Shown here: positions 25,377 to 36,650 of the stretch, piece by piece | Numbering within the stretch: position 1 is the first letter of the stretch | Layout: each line of letters begins with the position of its first letter | From: Eledone cirrhosa | Taxonomy: Eukaryota | Assembly: GCA_964016885.1 (NCBI GenBank) | Contig: OZ024744.1 | Location: 103,664,001-103,728,000 of the forward strand | DNA: 64,000 bases | Direction of reading: 5' to 3' | Notes under the pieces: model-generated | What the model was told of the DNA's origin: nothing | Database searches by the model: none | Seen by the model: the letters and a program-made list of their open reading frames with translations, nothing else | Made by a program: the position numbers and the translations under genes

Positions 25377-26366
25377 CAGTGCTACTCAAAGTGGTGGTCC
25401 ACGGACCGGTGCCGGTACGCGAGCCATCAGCTACAGGTACGCGGCCAGTCTCGAGGCAATGCTAAGGAATCATTTGAGGAATTGGTAGAATCTAAGGAAT
25501 TTCAAGGAAATTTTAGGCTGTGACTGCTAGTTTCAGTAATTTGTCCTTATGCAATGAAAACTGGGGGTGAAAATTATATGACAATAATAGATAAATTAAC
25601 CTGATAGTAAAAATATAAGTTGATAATATATCATAGTTTTCTATGAAGAAAGTCAAATAACAGAAAATGAACCGTGCAGCATCAGTTTCGGTGACTAAAC
25701 GACCTACTGCAGTAAGTAAACAACTTATCAGTTGGCCGGTGGTGACGCGTGGTATTTACCGGCTGTGGTAGAGATTATGTAAGGAAATGTAGTATATTTG
25801 TGATATTGTAATGCCGCCGAATGGTACTTTAGTCTCCCTTCAAAACCATGCTCCCTTTACTTCGGCCCGTATCCCCAACTAAATTATTTCTTCCCTTAAT
25901 GTAACTTTTCTCACGCTTAAAATAGCCTGATTAATTCTTAACAGTAAAAAAACATTATTTACATGGTATTCCCTCATTCCCATGTGTTTTATTAAGATAA
26001 AGTACAGGAATAATATAGATATTCATTCTCCATTGCGCGTGGCACTGTCCTCAATTGAACCACGACTGGATAAACTGACAAAGAAGAAGCAAGCTCACCT
26101 TTCACACTAGTAAAGATTAAGGTTATATAATTTTTATTTTTGTGTTAATAAACTGCTTGTTATTTTTTTCATTACTTCTTTATGTTTTGATATTGTATTA
26201 TTTGTTTACAAAATAAATAGAAGATTAAAAAAATGGTCAACTTTTATTATATTCATTATATATATATTGTTTGGTATAAATTAACATTACTATGAAATAT
26301 TTGCGGTACGTGGCACATTGAAAAAAAAATGCCTGTCCACCACATCAGATAGTTTGAGAAGCACTG
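25377..26366 (+). mobile_element. Non-autonomous hAT (Charlie/Buster-type) transposon
   Basis: TIRs CAGTGCTACTCAAA / TTTGAGAAGCACTG; 8-bp TSD TTCTACAC (25369-25376, 26367-26374); transposase tail LRVALSSIEPRLDKLTKKKQAHLSH* at ~26033-26110. Confidence 0.93.
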
Positions 26367-26522
26367 TTCTACACGACCACTTTACAGCGTGGACTGGGTG
26401 CGTGTTGTCATGACACCTACATGCCAACTATAGTGGGGGTTGGGTACTCACTTTTGTCATGACACCTACAGGACCACTATAGTGTGGGCTGGGCTCTTTT
26501 ATCGTGGCTCCAGAGGAGATTG

Positions 26523-26919
26523 CTTTAAAACTGATAGCGTATGGTCTTCAAAGTATTTTTAATTAAGTATACTGTATATTGCCAAATATACTATACATAC
26601 ATTCATGTATACATCGCTATTTCAGAGCACCAATCCTAATACCTAATTTTTGCTGGACCGGCAATCGCTCTGTATAATCAGCTCCTGATTATTACTGGAA
26701 TTCTATAAGAATCCAGCTTCTATAATCTTTGGCGAAAGCGGGGAGTACGTTGCCCTGATGATCGCCAACAGCGAGAAACAGACTGTCAGCTTCTCTCCCT
26801 TCTTTCGCCGAAGAAAAGAAGTGACATAGTCACTACTTTAAAACTGATAGCGTACGGTCTTCAGAATGTTTTTAATTAAGCATACAGTATATTGCCAAAT
26901 ATACTATACATACATTCAT
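26523..26919 (+). mobile_element. Retrozyme-like / Penelope pseudo-LTR unit: 313-bp monomer with 84-bp terminal redundancy
   Basis: Direct repeats 26523-26606 and 26836-26919 enclose a hammerhead; no ORF. Confidence 0.65.
26726..26814 (+). ncRNA. Type I hammerhead ribozyme
   Basis: CTGATGA (26755-61); stem II TCGC/GCGA; GAAA; stem III ACAG/CTGT; GTC cleavage triplet (26785-87); extended stem I GGGAG/CTCCC and TCTTTGGCGAAAG/CTTTCGCCGAAGA. Confidence 0.8.
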
Positions 26920-27064
26920 ATATATATATATAAGAGAAGTGAGGTTTTTTTTACAAAATGAGAATTAACCGAGGTATTCTACACGAGTGAAAGTATAAGG
27001 GAAAAATATGAAATCGAAAATGCAACTGGAGTCTTTCTTTTTTTAAATATATATTTATTTGGTT

Positions 27065-27102
27065 CCTTTACCGGTTTCGCAGTTCTTCTGCTTTTCAAAA
27101 GT
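27065..27102 (-). ncRNA. Minimal type I hammerhead, U3-A8 core variant
   Basis: Minus strand reads ACTT-TTGAAAA-GCAG-aagaa-CTGC-GAA-ACCGGT-A-AAGG; palindromic stem III as in Penelope hammerheads. Confidence 0.6.
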
Positions 27103-27465
27103 AGAGTTGAGATGGAGGGTCTGTGGTTTTTCTCACATCTGGTTGGTCTTTGAATGTTACTTCTGTTTTATATGGAAAAAAGTGACTCGAAATGCTAGGT
27201 TTTTAGAGAAGTAATTTGGTTGGTTGGTGAATAAGTATAATAAATTTTGCACCAGTTTGCATTACAAAGTTCTTTAAACAGGAGGTTCAGGTTGTTTTTT
27301 CATATATAGTGAAGTTTGGTTGGTTGATGCAGTCACATGAATAAGCACACCAGTTTTCGCGCCAGTTTGTGTTTAAATTTCTTTTTACTTAAAAACAAGT
27401 GACTCATGCAGGCTTTTTTTATACACAAACATAAACTCACATCAATGATATTTTTATACTTTTAG

Positions 27466-27519
27466 GCATGGCTTCCATAAAATCTAGCTATGCACAGCTG
27501 CCCCATGGATCTAAATTGA
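27466..27519 (+). CDS. Host-gene micro-exon E3 (54 nt, phase 1-1): GMASIKSSYAQLPHGSKL
   Basis: tttttatacttttag acceptor; GA|GTAAGT donor; 2+17x3+1 nt, no stop; starts ATGGCTT like E2 and shares the downstream TATTGTTCTG.CATAT motif. Confidence 0.7.
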
Positions 27520-28500
27520 GTAAGTTATTATTAAATCACATTTTGTAACTTCTTTCCTTAACATTACCATATTATATTGTTCTGGCATATCTGTATGTAT
27601 ATGTATGTATATCATCATCATCATCATTTCATTTTACATCCACTTTTCCCTGCTTGCAAAGGTGGGACGGGAACTGATTCTGGCTTGATTTCTACAGCTG
27701 GATGCCCTTCCTAACACCAACCTCATTTATAGTGAGTGCTGGGTGCTTTTTTGCCGTGGCACCTCCACGTCCACTTTGCAGTAGAATGATAGGGACCCCA
27801 GGCCCTATCATCTCATTTCTACAGCTGAGTAAACTGGAGCAATGGGAAATAAAGTGTCTTGCTCAAGGAAACAACACATCACCCAGTTTGAGAATTGAAC
27901 TCACAACCTTTCGATTGCAAGGCCAATGCCCTAACCACTAAGCCATATGCCTCCATATATGTCTGTATATATATATACTAGCTGGCCCATCCAACTGGTG
28001 CCTGGCTAGGTATACCAGCATTTTATCTTTTCAGGAATCCCCCCTCCAATCCAGTGCAAAGATACCGCACTCCCTCTCATGTCAGCGATGGGGGGGGGGG
28101 TTAACGTGCTCTGATGTTGGGTTTGCGACAATGATCTTTTACAGCTGGATGCCCTTCCTAAAACCAACCATATTTACAGTGTGAACTGGGAACTGTTTTA
28201 CCGTGTTACCTTCATGACCACCTTACAGTGTGGACTGTTGTGTCATCGACACAGTGGATGGAACGGGAGAGGGAGGATGGAGTGGGGGTGGGGTGTACAT
28301 TGGGTTAAGAGGTGCCTTCTGGCTAGGTTTGTATGCAATGGCAGTCGGGTCTTCTGTACAACTGCATGGCGCTAAAGTTCTCGATCCAGTGTCATTGTCT
28401 TAGAGAGGTGTAAGTGAGTAAGGTCAGTTTTTATCACCTCGTCCCAGGTTTTTCTTGGTCTATATATATATAATAATAGTAATAATAGTAATAATAATAA

Positions 28501-30965
28501 TGTGACAACAACCAGAAGATGCTGTTTGGACAGCTTTAGGGGAAAGACAGAGGCAACGACTTGATTCCTGAGGCGGAACAAACTAAAACATTCTGCAGAG
28601 GAATATGGGAGCAGGATGTTAAACATAATGACCAGGCAGTGTGGATTGAGACAGTACAGAAGGAGATTAGTGAACAGGCACACCAATAAACTGATTTGAG
28701 TATCACAGTTGAAACTCTTAAGGGGCAGGCCAAAAAACTAACCAACTGGAAATCACCAGGCCCAGATGGTGTGCAGGGGTATTGGATTAAAAATATAACA
28801 TCCCTCCACCCGAAACTGATAACCATGTTCAATGACTGCTTGATGTCAGGTGAGGTACCAGAGTGGTTGACAAAAGGTACCACAGTTCTGATAATGAAGG
28901 ACCGAATCAAGGGTAATGATGTTACCAACTCTAGACCTATCACATGTCTGTCCGTAATGTGGAAACTGTTGAAAAGCATTATGTCTGAGGAAATCTACCA
29001 TCACCTCCACACAAACAACTTGTTACCGGACGAACAGAAAGGATACCGAAAGAAGTCCCGTGGTACAAAGGACCAGTTACTTATTGATAAGATGGTAATG
29101 AGGAATTGCAAGAGGAGACACACTGGTCTTGCCATGGGATGGATAGACTACAAAAAGGCATTTGACATGGTGCCTCATTCTTGGATCACCAAAAGCCTAG
29201 AGATCTTCAGGGTGGCAGATAACATCAGACAGTTGTTGGGCAAAAGTATGAAGTCCTGGGAAACAGAGTTAACATCAGCTGGAGAATCCTTGGGAAGCGT
29301 GAAGATCAAGAGAGGTATCTTCCAGGGAGATAGTCTGTCCCCTCTGTTGTTTGTCCTTGCCCTGATGCCCCTGACCATTATACTGCGAAAAGTGAGAGCA
29401 GGATACAAGTTGGGAAAGGGAGAGCTTACCATCAATCACCTCCTCTTCATGGACGATCTTAAGCTCTTCGAGAAGAGCGAGAAGGAGTTGGATGTGCTTG
29501 TTGACACTGTCCGTATTTTCAGCAATGATATATGTATGCAATTTGGTATTAGTAAGTGTGGAGTCCTTGTGATGAAGAGGGGTAAATTGAGCAGAAGCAA
29601 CAGAATCCAGATGCCAACAGGTGAGATGATAAAGGAAATTGACACTGAAGAAGGATACAAGTATTTGGGTGTTCTGGAGGCTGATGACATCAAGAACAAA
29701 AAAATGAAGGAATTGATAAGAAATGAATACATTCGGAGAGTAAGGAGCGTATTAAAGTCACATCTGAACAGTAGGAATGCCATAAGTGCAGTAAATTCCC
29801 GAGCTGTGTCTATTATTAGGTACAGTGCGGAAATTCTGAGATGGAATGTTGCTGAACAAAAAGAAATAGATAGGAAGACTAGGAAATTATTGACTATCTA
29901 CAACATGTTCCACAAGAGGAGTGATGTCGATAGACTCTACTTAAGGAGATCTGAAGGTGGAAGAGGTCTTATCAGCATAGAGGACTGTGTTCAGATGGAG
30001 AAAACAACCTACACAAATACGTGACTGATAGTAAGGAGCCAATGCTCAGAACTGTACTGAAGGAGAGGACAATAGACCAGGGGATGTCCAGGGAGGAAAT
30101 AACAACTAGGAGAAAGAGCAGCCTTCAGGAAAAATCCCTTCATAGTACCTTCTTTGAGAAAACTGAATTCAGAGATACACAGACATGGAACTGGTTGAAA
30201 AGAGGAGACCTTAAAAAGGCTACGGAAGGAATGTTAATGGCTGCGCAAGAGCAGGCCCTCAAAACGAAGTGGTTGAAACACCATATTTACAAGGAGGAGG
30301 CTAGCCCACTGTGCAGGATCTCCTGGAGAGAGAGAGGAGACTGTGGCTCACATTGTATCCGAGTGTAAACACCTAGCCCAGACTCACTATAAGGGCTGGA
30401 GACATGATATGATGGGCAGGGTGATCCACTGGCACCTATGCAAAGTCAACAATTTACCACATTCTGAGAAGTGGTAAGAGCATAAGCCAGAGTCGGTGAT
30501 AGAAAACGATCAGGTGAAGGTGCTGTGGGATTTTAGGATACAGATGGACAAGAAACTGGAACACAATAAGCCTGACCTGGTGGTTTTGGACAAAGAAAAA
30601 AGATCGTGCCTGATTGTGGATGTGGCCTGCCCATTGGACACGAGAGTGCAAGAGAAGGAGAGGGAGAAAATTAACCAATACCAGGACTTAAAGTGGGAGG
30701 TAAAAAGGATTTGGAACTGCCATGAAGTTAAAGTGGTTCCGATTGTCATAGGCGCACTAGGTACTATCTCAAAGAGTTTCCAAGGATGGTTAAAGAAAGT
30801 TAGTCCTGCCCCGCTTTTTGGAACACTTCAAAAGGCATGCTTGCTGGGAACAACAAGAACCCTCCGATACATCCTGAATATCTGAGGCTGCAGGTAGTGG
30901 CTTGATATTAATTTCAACAAACTTTCCAGTTAAATAATATCAATGACTGAGACTCAAAGAACAAT
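28501..30965 (+). mobile_element. R4/Dong-clade LINE (RT + zinc knuckle + restriction-like endonuclease), 5'-truncated
   Basis: NWKSPGPDG, RGTKDQLLID, WIDYKKAFD, GIFQGDSLSP, FMDD, YKYLG; CRI...HIVSEC; KPDLVV...IVDVACP. Flanked by (TAA)n on both sides. Confidence 0.92.
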
Positions 30966-31257
30966 AATAATAATAGTATTTTCAGCAATGATATATGTAT
31001 GGAATTTGGTATTAATAAGTGTGGAGCCCTAGTGATGAAGAGGGGTAAATTGAGCAGAAGCAACGGAATCCAGGTACCGACAGGTGAGATGATAATGGAA
31101 ATTGACACAGAAGAAGGATACAAATCTTTAGGTGTTCTGGAGGCAGATGACATCAAGAACAAAAAATAATGAAGTAATTGATAAGATCTGAGTACATTAA
31201 GAGAGTAAGGAGCATATTAAAATCACATCTAAATAGTAGGAATGTCATAAGTGCAGT

Positions 31258-31440
31258 GGATTGGCAGTATCGGTAGAGGGTCTGACGCCATGCTTTGCAG
31301 TAAAGAGTTACGGCCCTTTATGGTCTGAGTTCAAATCCCGCCGAAGTTAACTTTGCCTTTCATCCTTATGGGGTCGATAAAATAAAGTACCAGTAATATA
31401 CTGGGTAATTGCTGGCTTTGTGCCTAACGTAGAAACAATT
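31258..31440 (+). mobile_element. tRNA-derived SINE with Deu/Nin-like central domain
   Basis: A-box-like TGGCAGTATCGG, B box GTTCAAATC, core CTTTGCCTTTCATCCTT..GGGGTCGATAAAATAAAGTACCAG. Confidence 0.85.
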
Positions 31441-31800
31441 ATTAGCTACACTGTGGGAATTCTGAAATGGAATGTTACTGAACAAAAAAGAAATGGATGG
31501 GAAGACTAGGAAGCTATTGACGACCTATAACATATCCCACAAGAGGAGTGATGTTGGTAGACTCTACTTAAGGAGATCTGAAGGTGGAAGAGGTCTTATC
31601 AGCATAGAGGACTGTGTTCAGATGGAGAAAAACAACCTACACAAATACGTGACTGATAGTAGGGAGCCAATGCTCAGAATTGTACTGAAGCAGAGAACAA
31701 TAGACCAAGGGATGTCCAAGGAGGAAATAACAACAAGGAGGTTTAGAATGTTAGTATCGGTGTATATATATTAATAAAAATGACAATAATTGCAGGTATA

Positions 31801-33610
31801 TGTTGTGACATAGTTTTACTTCACAGAAGTCAAATAAATTAATAGAAATAATTTTTACCACATGTTGATGGTGAGTTGCTCTCAACTCCCAGACTAGAGC
31901 GTGTAGAGAAGAGAGAGAGAAAGCAGAAATCTTCTCTCGGCAAGGTCTGGAGTGGTGTTCCTCTTGCTGCAGTGTAGGAAGTGAGATGCCTTTAAGCTCT
32001 CAAATATATAGTCCCCAGGGGGACGCACCTCCATTTAGTACATGGATCTGCCACTGGGAGTCGCGACCATCACAAAGGGATGCAACTCCTATACGTATCT
32101 GCCACTGGGAGTCGCGACCGTCACAAAGGGACGCAACTCCTATACATGCTGAGTTCCAGCCGTAAGGGGTCGCTACAGTACCCTCCTCCAGATGATAGGC
32201 GAAAAGCCCGAAGGTAACTGTAGCGAACCCACAAGCATGGGCTCCCAGCACAGGCATGAAATATTAATGAAAAGGTACATGTATAAATGAGGCATGAAAT
32301 AGTAATGAAAGGGTACATGTATACATAGTAATACAATAAAGAGAAAGACAAAAAAGATGCTCCAGTGGCCAGTTCACATGAAAACTGTTTGGCAGAGTTT
32401 TTTGGGCCAGTGGACTCTTCGACCGGAACGGGTCTTCTATGTAGGTGAAGGTGGGGCAGGAGTAGGTGTATGCACAATAGAGAAAGATTGGGGTATTTGT
32501 GGCATGGGTGTATGAGCGTCATTGTATGCCCTTTTTAGTCTATCCACCGAAATTGTCTCTCTGGACCCCTTAATGTCTACTGTGAAATGTTTCTCAGTGC
32601 GTGCTAACACGGTAGGGTCCAGAGTACGGCTGTGTGAGGGGTGGAGTAACCGCGTCATTCCTGACGAATACATGTGTCCACGAGGCAATATCCCTCGGGA
32701 CTGCAGCTTTAATAGTTTATTTCCTAGTATTCATGGGCGGTAAGTCCTGAAAATAGGAGCGCAAACGAGATATATAGGAAACAGGGTCCTGGAAAGCAAG
32801 ATCAACAGGAGCAAGCATTTGCCCAGGCAATGCTAGAGGAGCACCATACAGTAATTCGGCAGGGGAGAACCCAAGGTCCTCCTTTATTGATGACCGAATT
32901 CCTAACAACACAATAGGAAGGTACTCGCTCCAGCGTTGAGAGTCTGGATAGGCGCAAAGAGCGGACTTTAATTGACGGTAGAATCGTTCCACCATTCCGT
33001 TTGAAGCAGGATGATAGGCTGTGGTCCGAATACGTTGAGCACCAATGATCTTTGTCAGCTCAGAGAAGAGATGAGACTCAACTTGTCTACCACGGTCTGT
33101 GGTGACTGTAGTTGGTACCCCAAAGCGGGTAATCCACCCTGAAACCAGGGGACGTGCTACAGTCTCAGCAGTTATATCTTTTAAGGGGATGGCTTCAGGC
33201 CATCGCGAAAAACGATCGATGCAGGTCAAGAGGTAAGAATATCCACTGTTGAATGGCCAAGGTCCAACGATATCAATGTGGATGTGTTGAAACCGTGCAT
33301 CTGGAGTACTGAAAGTACCAAGTGGAGTCCGGATGTCTCTGTGGACTTTAGATTTTTGACACTGTGTGCAGGAACGGCACCAGACAGTAATTTCTCGCCT
33401 CATATTGGGCCAGAAAAATCTAGCCGTTATAAGCTTTACTGTGGCAGAAATTCCTGGGTGAGAAATGCTGTGCAAAGCATGGAACACAATTCAACGGTGA
33501 GTCTTGGGAACATAAGGTCGTGGTGAATCCGTAGATACATCACATAGAATCTGCCTGTCGGTGGTCGTCAAGGGCAGATATTTGAAGATGCAAGTCACAA
33601 ACTCGGCAGA
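31801..33610 (-). mobile_element. Ty3/Gypsy fragment: integrase, PPT and 3' LTR
   Basis: HSISHPG...CTQC, HIDIVGP, TDRGRQ, NGMVER (32717-33487); ISVDRLK; PPT GGAGGAGGG then TGTAGCG, so the LTR runs from 32177 to ~31801 (outer end approximate). Confidence 0.85.
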
Positions 33611-34600
33611 TTGGATGTGATAGGCAGTGTGATCCATTGGCACCTATGCAAAGTAAACAATTTACCACATTCTGAGAAGTGGTATGAGCATAAGCCAGAG
33701 TCGTTGATAGAAAACGATCAGATGAAGGTGTTATGGGATTTTAGGATACAGGCGGACATGAAATTAGAACACAATAAGCCTGACCTGGTGGTTTTGGACA
33801 AGGAAAAAAGATTGTGCCTGATTGTAGATGTAGCCTGCCCATTTGACACAAGAGTGCAAGAAAAGGAGAAGGAGAAAATTAACCGATACCAGGACTGAAA
33901 GTGGGAGGTAAAAAGGATTTGGAACTGCCATGAAGTTAAGGTCGTCCCGATTGTCATAGGAGCACTAGGTACTATCTCAAAGAGTTTCCAAGGATGGTTA
34001 AAGAAGATTAGTCCAGCCCCGCTTTTTGGAACACTTCAAAAAGCATGCTTGCTGGGAACAGCAAGAACCCTCCTATACGTCCTGAATATCTGAGGCTTCA
34101 GGTAGCGGCTTGATATTTATTTCAACAAACTTTCCAGTTAAATAACATCAATGACTGAGACTCCAAGAATAATAATAATTGTTTCTACGTTAGGCACAAG
34201 GCCAGCAATTATCCAGTGTATTACTGGTACTTTATTTTAATAATAATAATAATATATAAGGAAACAAAGAATCAGTGTTGCATCATATACATATTTAATT
34301 ACATATTACATATGTTTCACTGTCAATCAGCTTGAGGAACAATCTATTAATGATCGATCCTGACTCTGGAATTGGAATGCCGCCACACACTTTGCTAAAA
34401 GAATGTCATCGCCTTATTCATCCTGTTAAATTGTATTCAGTCAACGAGTCCATGGTACATGCTGGCAACAGGAGTCACGGCTACCCATGCAACACTGATT
34501 CTTTGTTGCCTTATATATTATTATTATACTCCCTACGAGCATCAAGTGCTCGTCTTGGCATACCACCTACAGATGCAATTAATTGGCACCTTTAATACTT

Positions 34601-34634
<34 letters not shown>

Positions 34635-35212
34635 CCTGCTTGCTGATAGAAAGGGTATCCATCTATATAAAACTCACCATACAGAGAATTATGAGTACAC
34701 TGCTGGTGCAATGATAAAATGCACTCAGTGCACACTGTAAAGTGTAGGAACCTTTAGAAATGGAATATGGTCCCAGGTCATATTTAAGGTCAGTGATTTT
34801 TATTGAATATTGATTTGGTTTGTGTTGACTAATACATACCTTGCTAGCAAGGAAAAACAGACTTTAAATAATGGTGATGATGATGATTTCTGTATTATGT
34901 ATATATATACATAAAAAATCCCCAAAAAACACACCGTAATGTGGTCGTGTAGCTCACACAGTAAAAAGCTCCCAGTTCACACTATAAATGTGGTTGGTGT
35001 TAGGAAGAGCATCCAGCCATAGAAAACCTGCCAGACAGTCCAATACGAGTGAGACACGGTCACCCAACCAATCTTACCTCAAATGGAACAATTCCCGTCT
35101 AACCCATGCTAGTGTGGAAAGTAGACGTTAAATGATGATGATGATATCTATAAACATATATCTACTTACACACAAACATAAACCCACAACAATGATATTT
35201 TTATATTTTTAG

Positions 35213-35233
35213 GCATGCCTTCCATAAAATCTG
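35213..35233 (+). pseudogene. Dead duplicate of micro-exon E3 (donor deleted)
   Basis: Upstream ~45 nt and GCATGCCTTCCATAAAATCT match 27421-27485, then the sequence jumps to E3's downstream intron (ATATTGTTCTG.CATATCTGTA). Confidence 0.7.
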
Positions 35234-35905
35234 ACATATTGTTCTGACATATCTGTAATGTCTATATGTATGTATATATGTCTGTATATATATATATATG
35301 TCAGGTCACCAGTTGGTGCTACTGGTAACATGTACCCCAGTACAACCTGTCTCATGGTCGGGTCGTTGGCGACTAAACTGGCAACCCCACCAAGGTTTCT
35401 TGGTGAGGAGGGTGACTTTGGACATCCTGCAGGACTAAAAACAAAACCTGTCAAAGGGCAAAGGAGCTCTTAAGAGTCAATGGCCATCCAAAATCACCGG
35501 GAGAGATGACCCCTTAGCCTTTGTCAAGGCAGAACCCTAGGAGAAGGAAAACTCTGATATAACACCTGCAACCCTGATGGTATCCAATGATGTTGACTTG
35601 TTCTTCTTTTTGGTAAATATCATCTTGGTTAAGAGAGTGGGACTGGCTTTGTGCAGTGCCTTTGCTCACTATAAAAGCTTCCCAGCACAGGCATTGCTTT
35701 ATATCTGGAGATCTCTCTGCACTTGTCATCACATGGTACCATGGGCTCAGCACTATGTGTCAATAATTGTCACAAGTGTAGTGTTTGTACCAGAGTTTTC
35801 AAGTTGCTGGCTGGACTAAAAAGTTACACTTGTTCAGCGCATCGGTAGGAGTTCTCCTACATGGATATAAAGTAGTGGCCGTACTCGAAAACGAGTTGGC
35901 AGCCA

Positions 35906-35954
<49 letters not shown>

Positions 35955-35956
<2 letters not shown>

Positions 35957-36650
35957 AGCTGGCTCGTCCAACTGGTGCCCGGCTAGGTATACCAGCATTT
36001 TATCTTTTCAGGAATCCCCCCTCCACTCCAGTGCAAAGATACCGTACTCCCTCTCATGTCAACGATGGGGGGGGGGGGTTAATGTGCTCTGATGTTGGGT
36101 TTGAATAGTTAAAAATCGGACTCAGTTTTGCAAGGACCTGTATGGCACACTGATGCTGTAATGCAATGTGAATGCAATCAGCTTGTGAACTCACCTGCTC
36201 CAATCTGGCTTGTTCTGTCTGTGTTGCTCTCCTGACTTCTGCACGGGACCTCAGTTGCTGAAGGCAAGACTGGCGCTGCTCTTGAGACTGGGCTGATCGA
36301 ATGGCTCTCGCTTGGGTCCTCATCTGCTGAAGGTGACGTTCATGATCATCTTCAGACTCTCTTGCTCTAGTAACATTTTTTCTTCTGGAAAATCTGATCT
36401 TGCGGCCAGGCTGGGTCTTTTAGGGAAGCATATCGGCAGTAACAATGATGATAGACTGTCTGTGCTTTTGTGAAATAAATAGGTTTGTTTATATTTTGTT
36501 TTTGTGTATGCAAAAATATCTGTACACGAATATATATATTAAAATAACAGATTAAAGTTTAAGCAAAGAATCGCTGCTTTCACCCTTAATGGGATCTTCT
36601 GAAACTAAAAAAATCAATCTGTGAACACAGAAGTAAATATTTCGAAAAAT
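35955..36650 (-). mobile_element. Helitron-like fragment with N-terminal Q/R/E-rich repeats
   Basis: MLPKK...RARESEDDHERHLQQMRTQARAIRSAQSQEQRQSCLQQLRSRAEVRRATQTEQARLEQ resembles Helitron RepHel N-termini; the end segment is also found at ~27978-28125 with a CTAG terminus. Confidence 0.55.

Larger units (their letters stand above)
30975..34170 (+). mobile_element. Second tandem copy of the R4/Dong LINE, interrupted
   Basis: Homologous to 29512-30965; interrupted by a SINE and a Gypsy fragment; ends in (AAT)n. Confidence 0.85.

Noticed and set aside
31258-31345. tRNA-like A and B boxes
   Set aside because: SINE head; no cloverleaf and followed by the SINE body.
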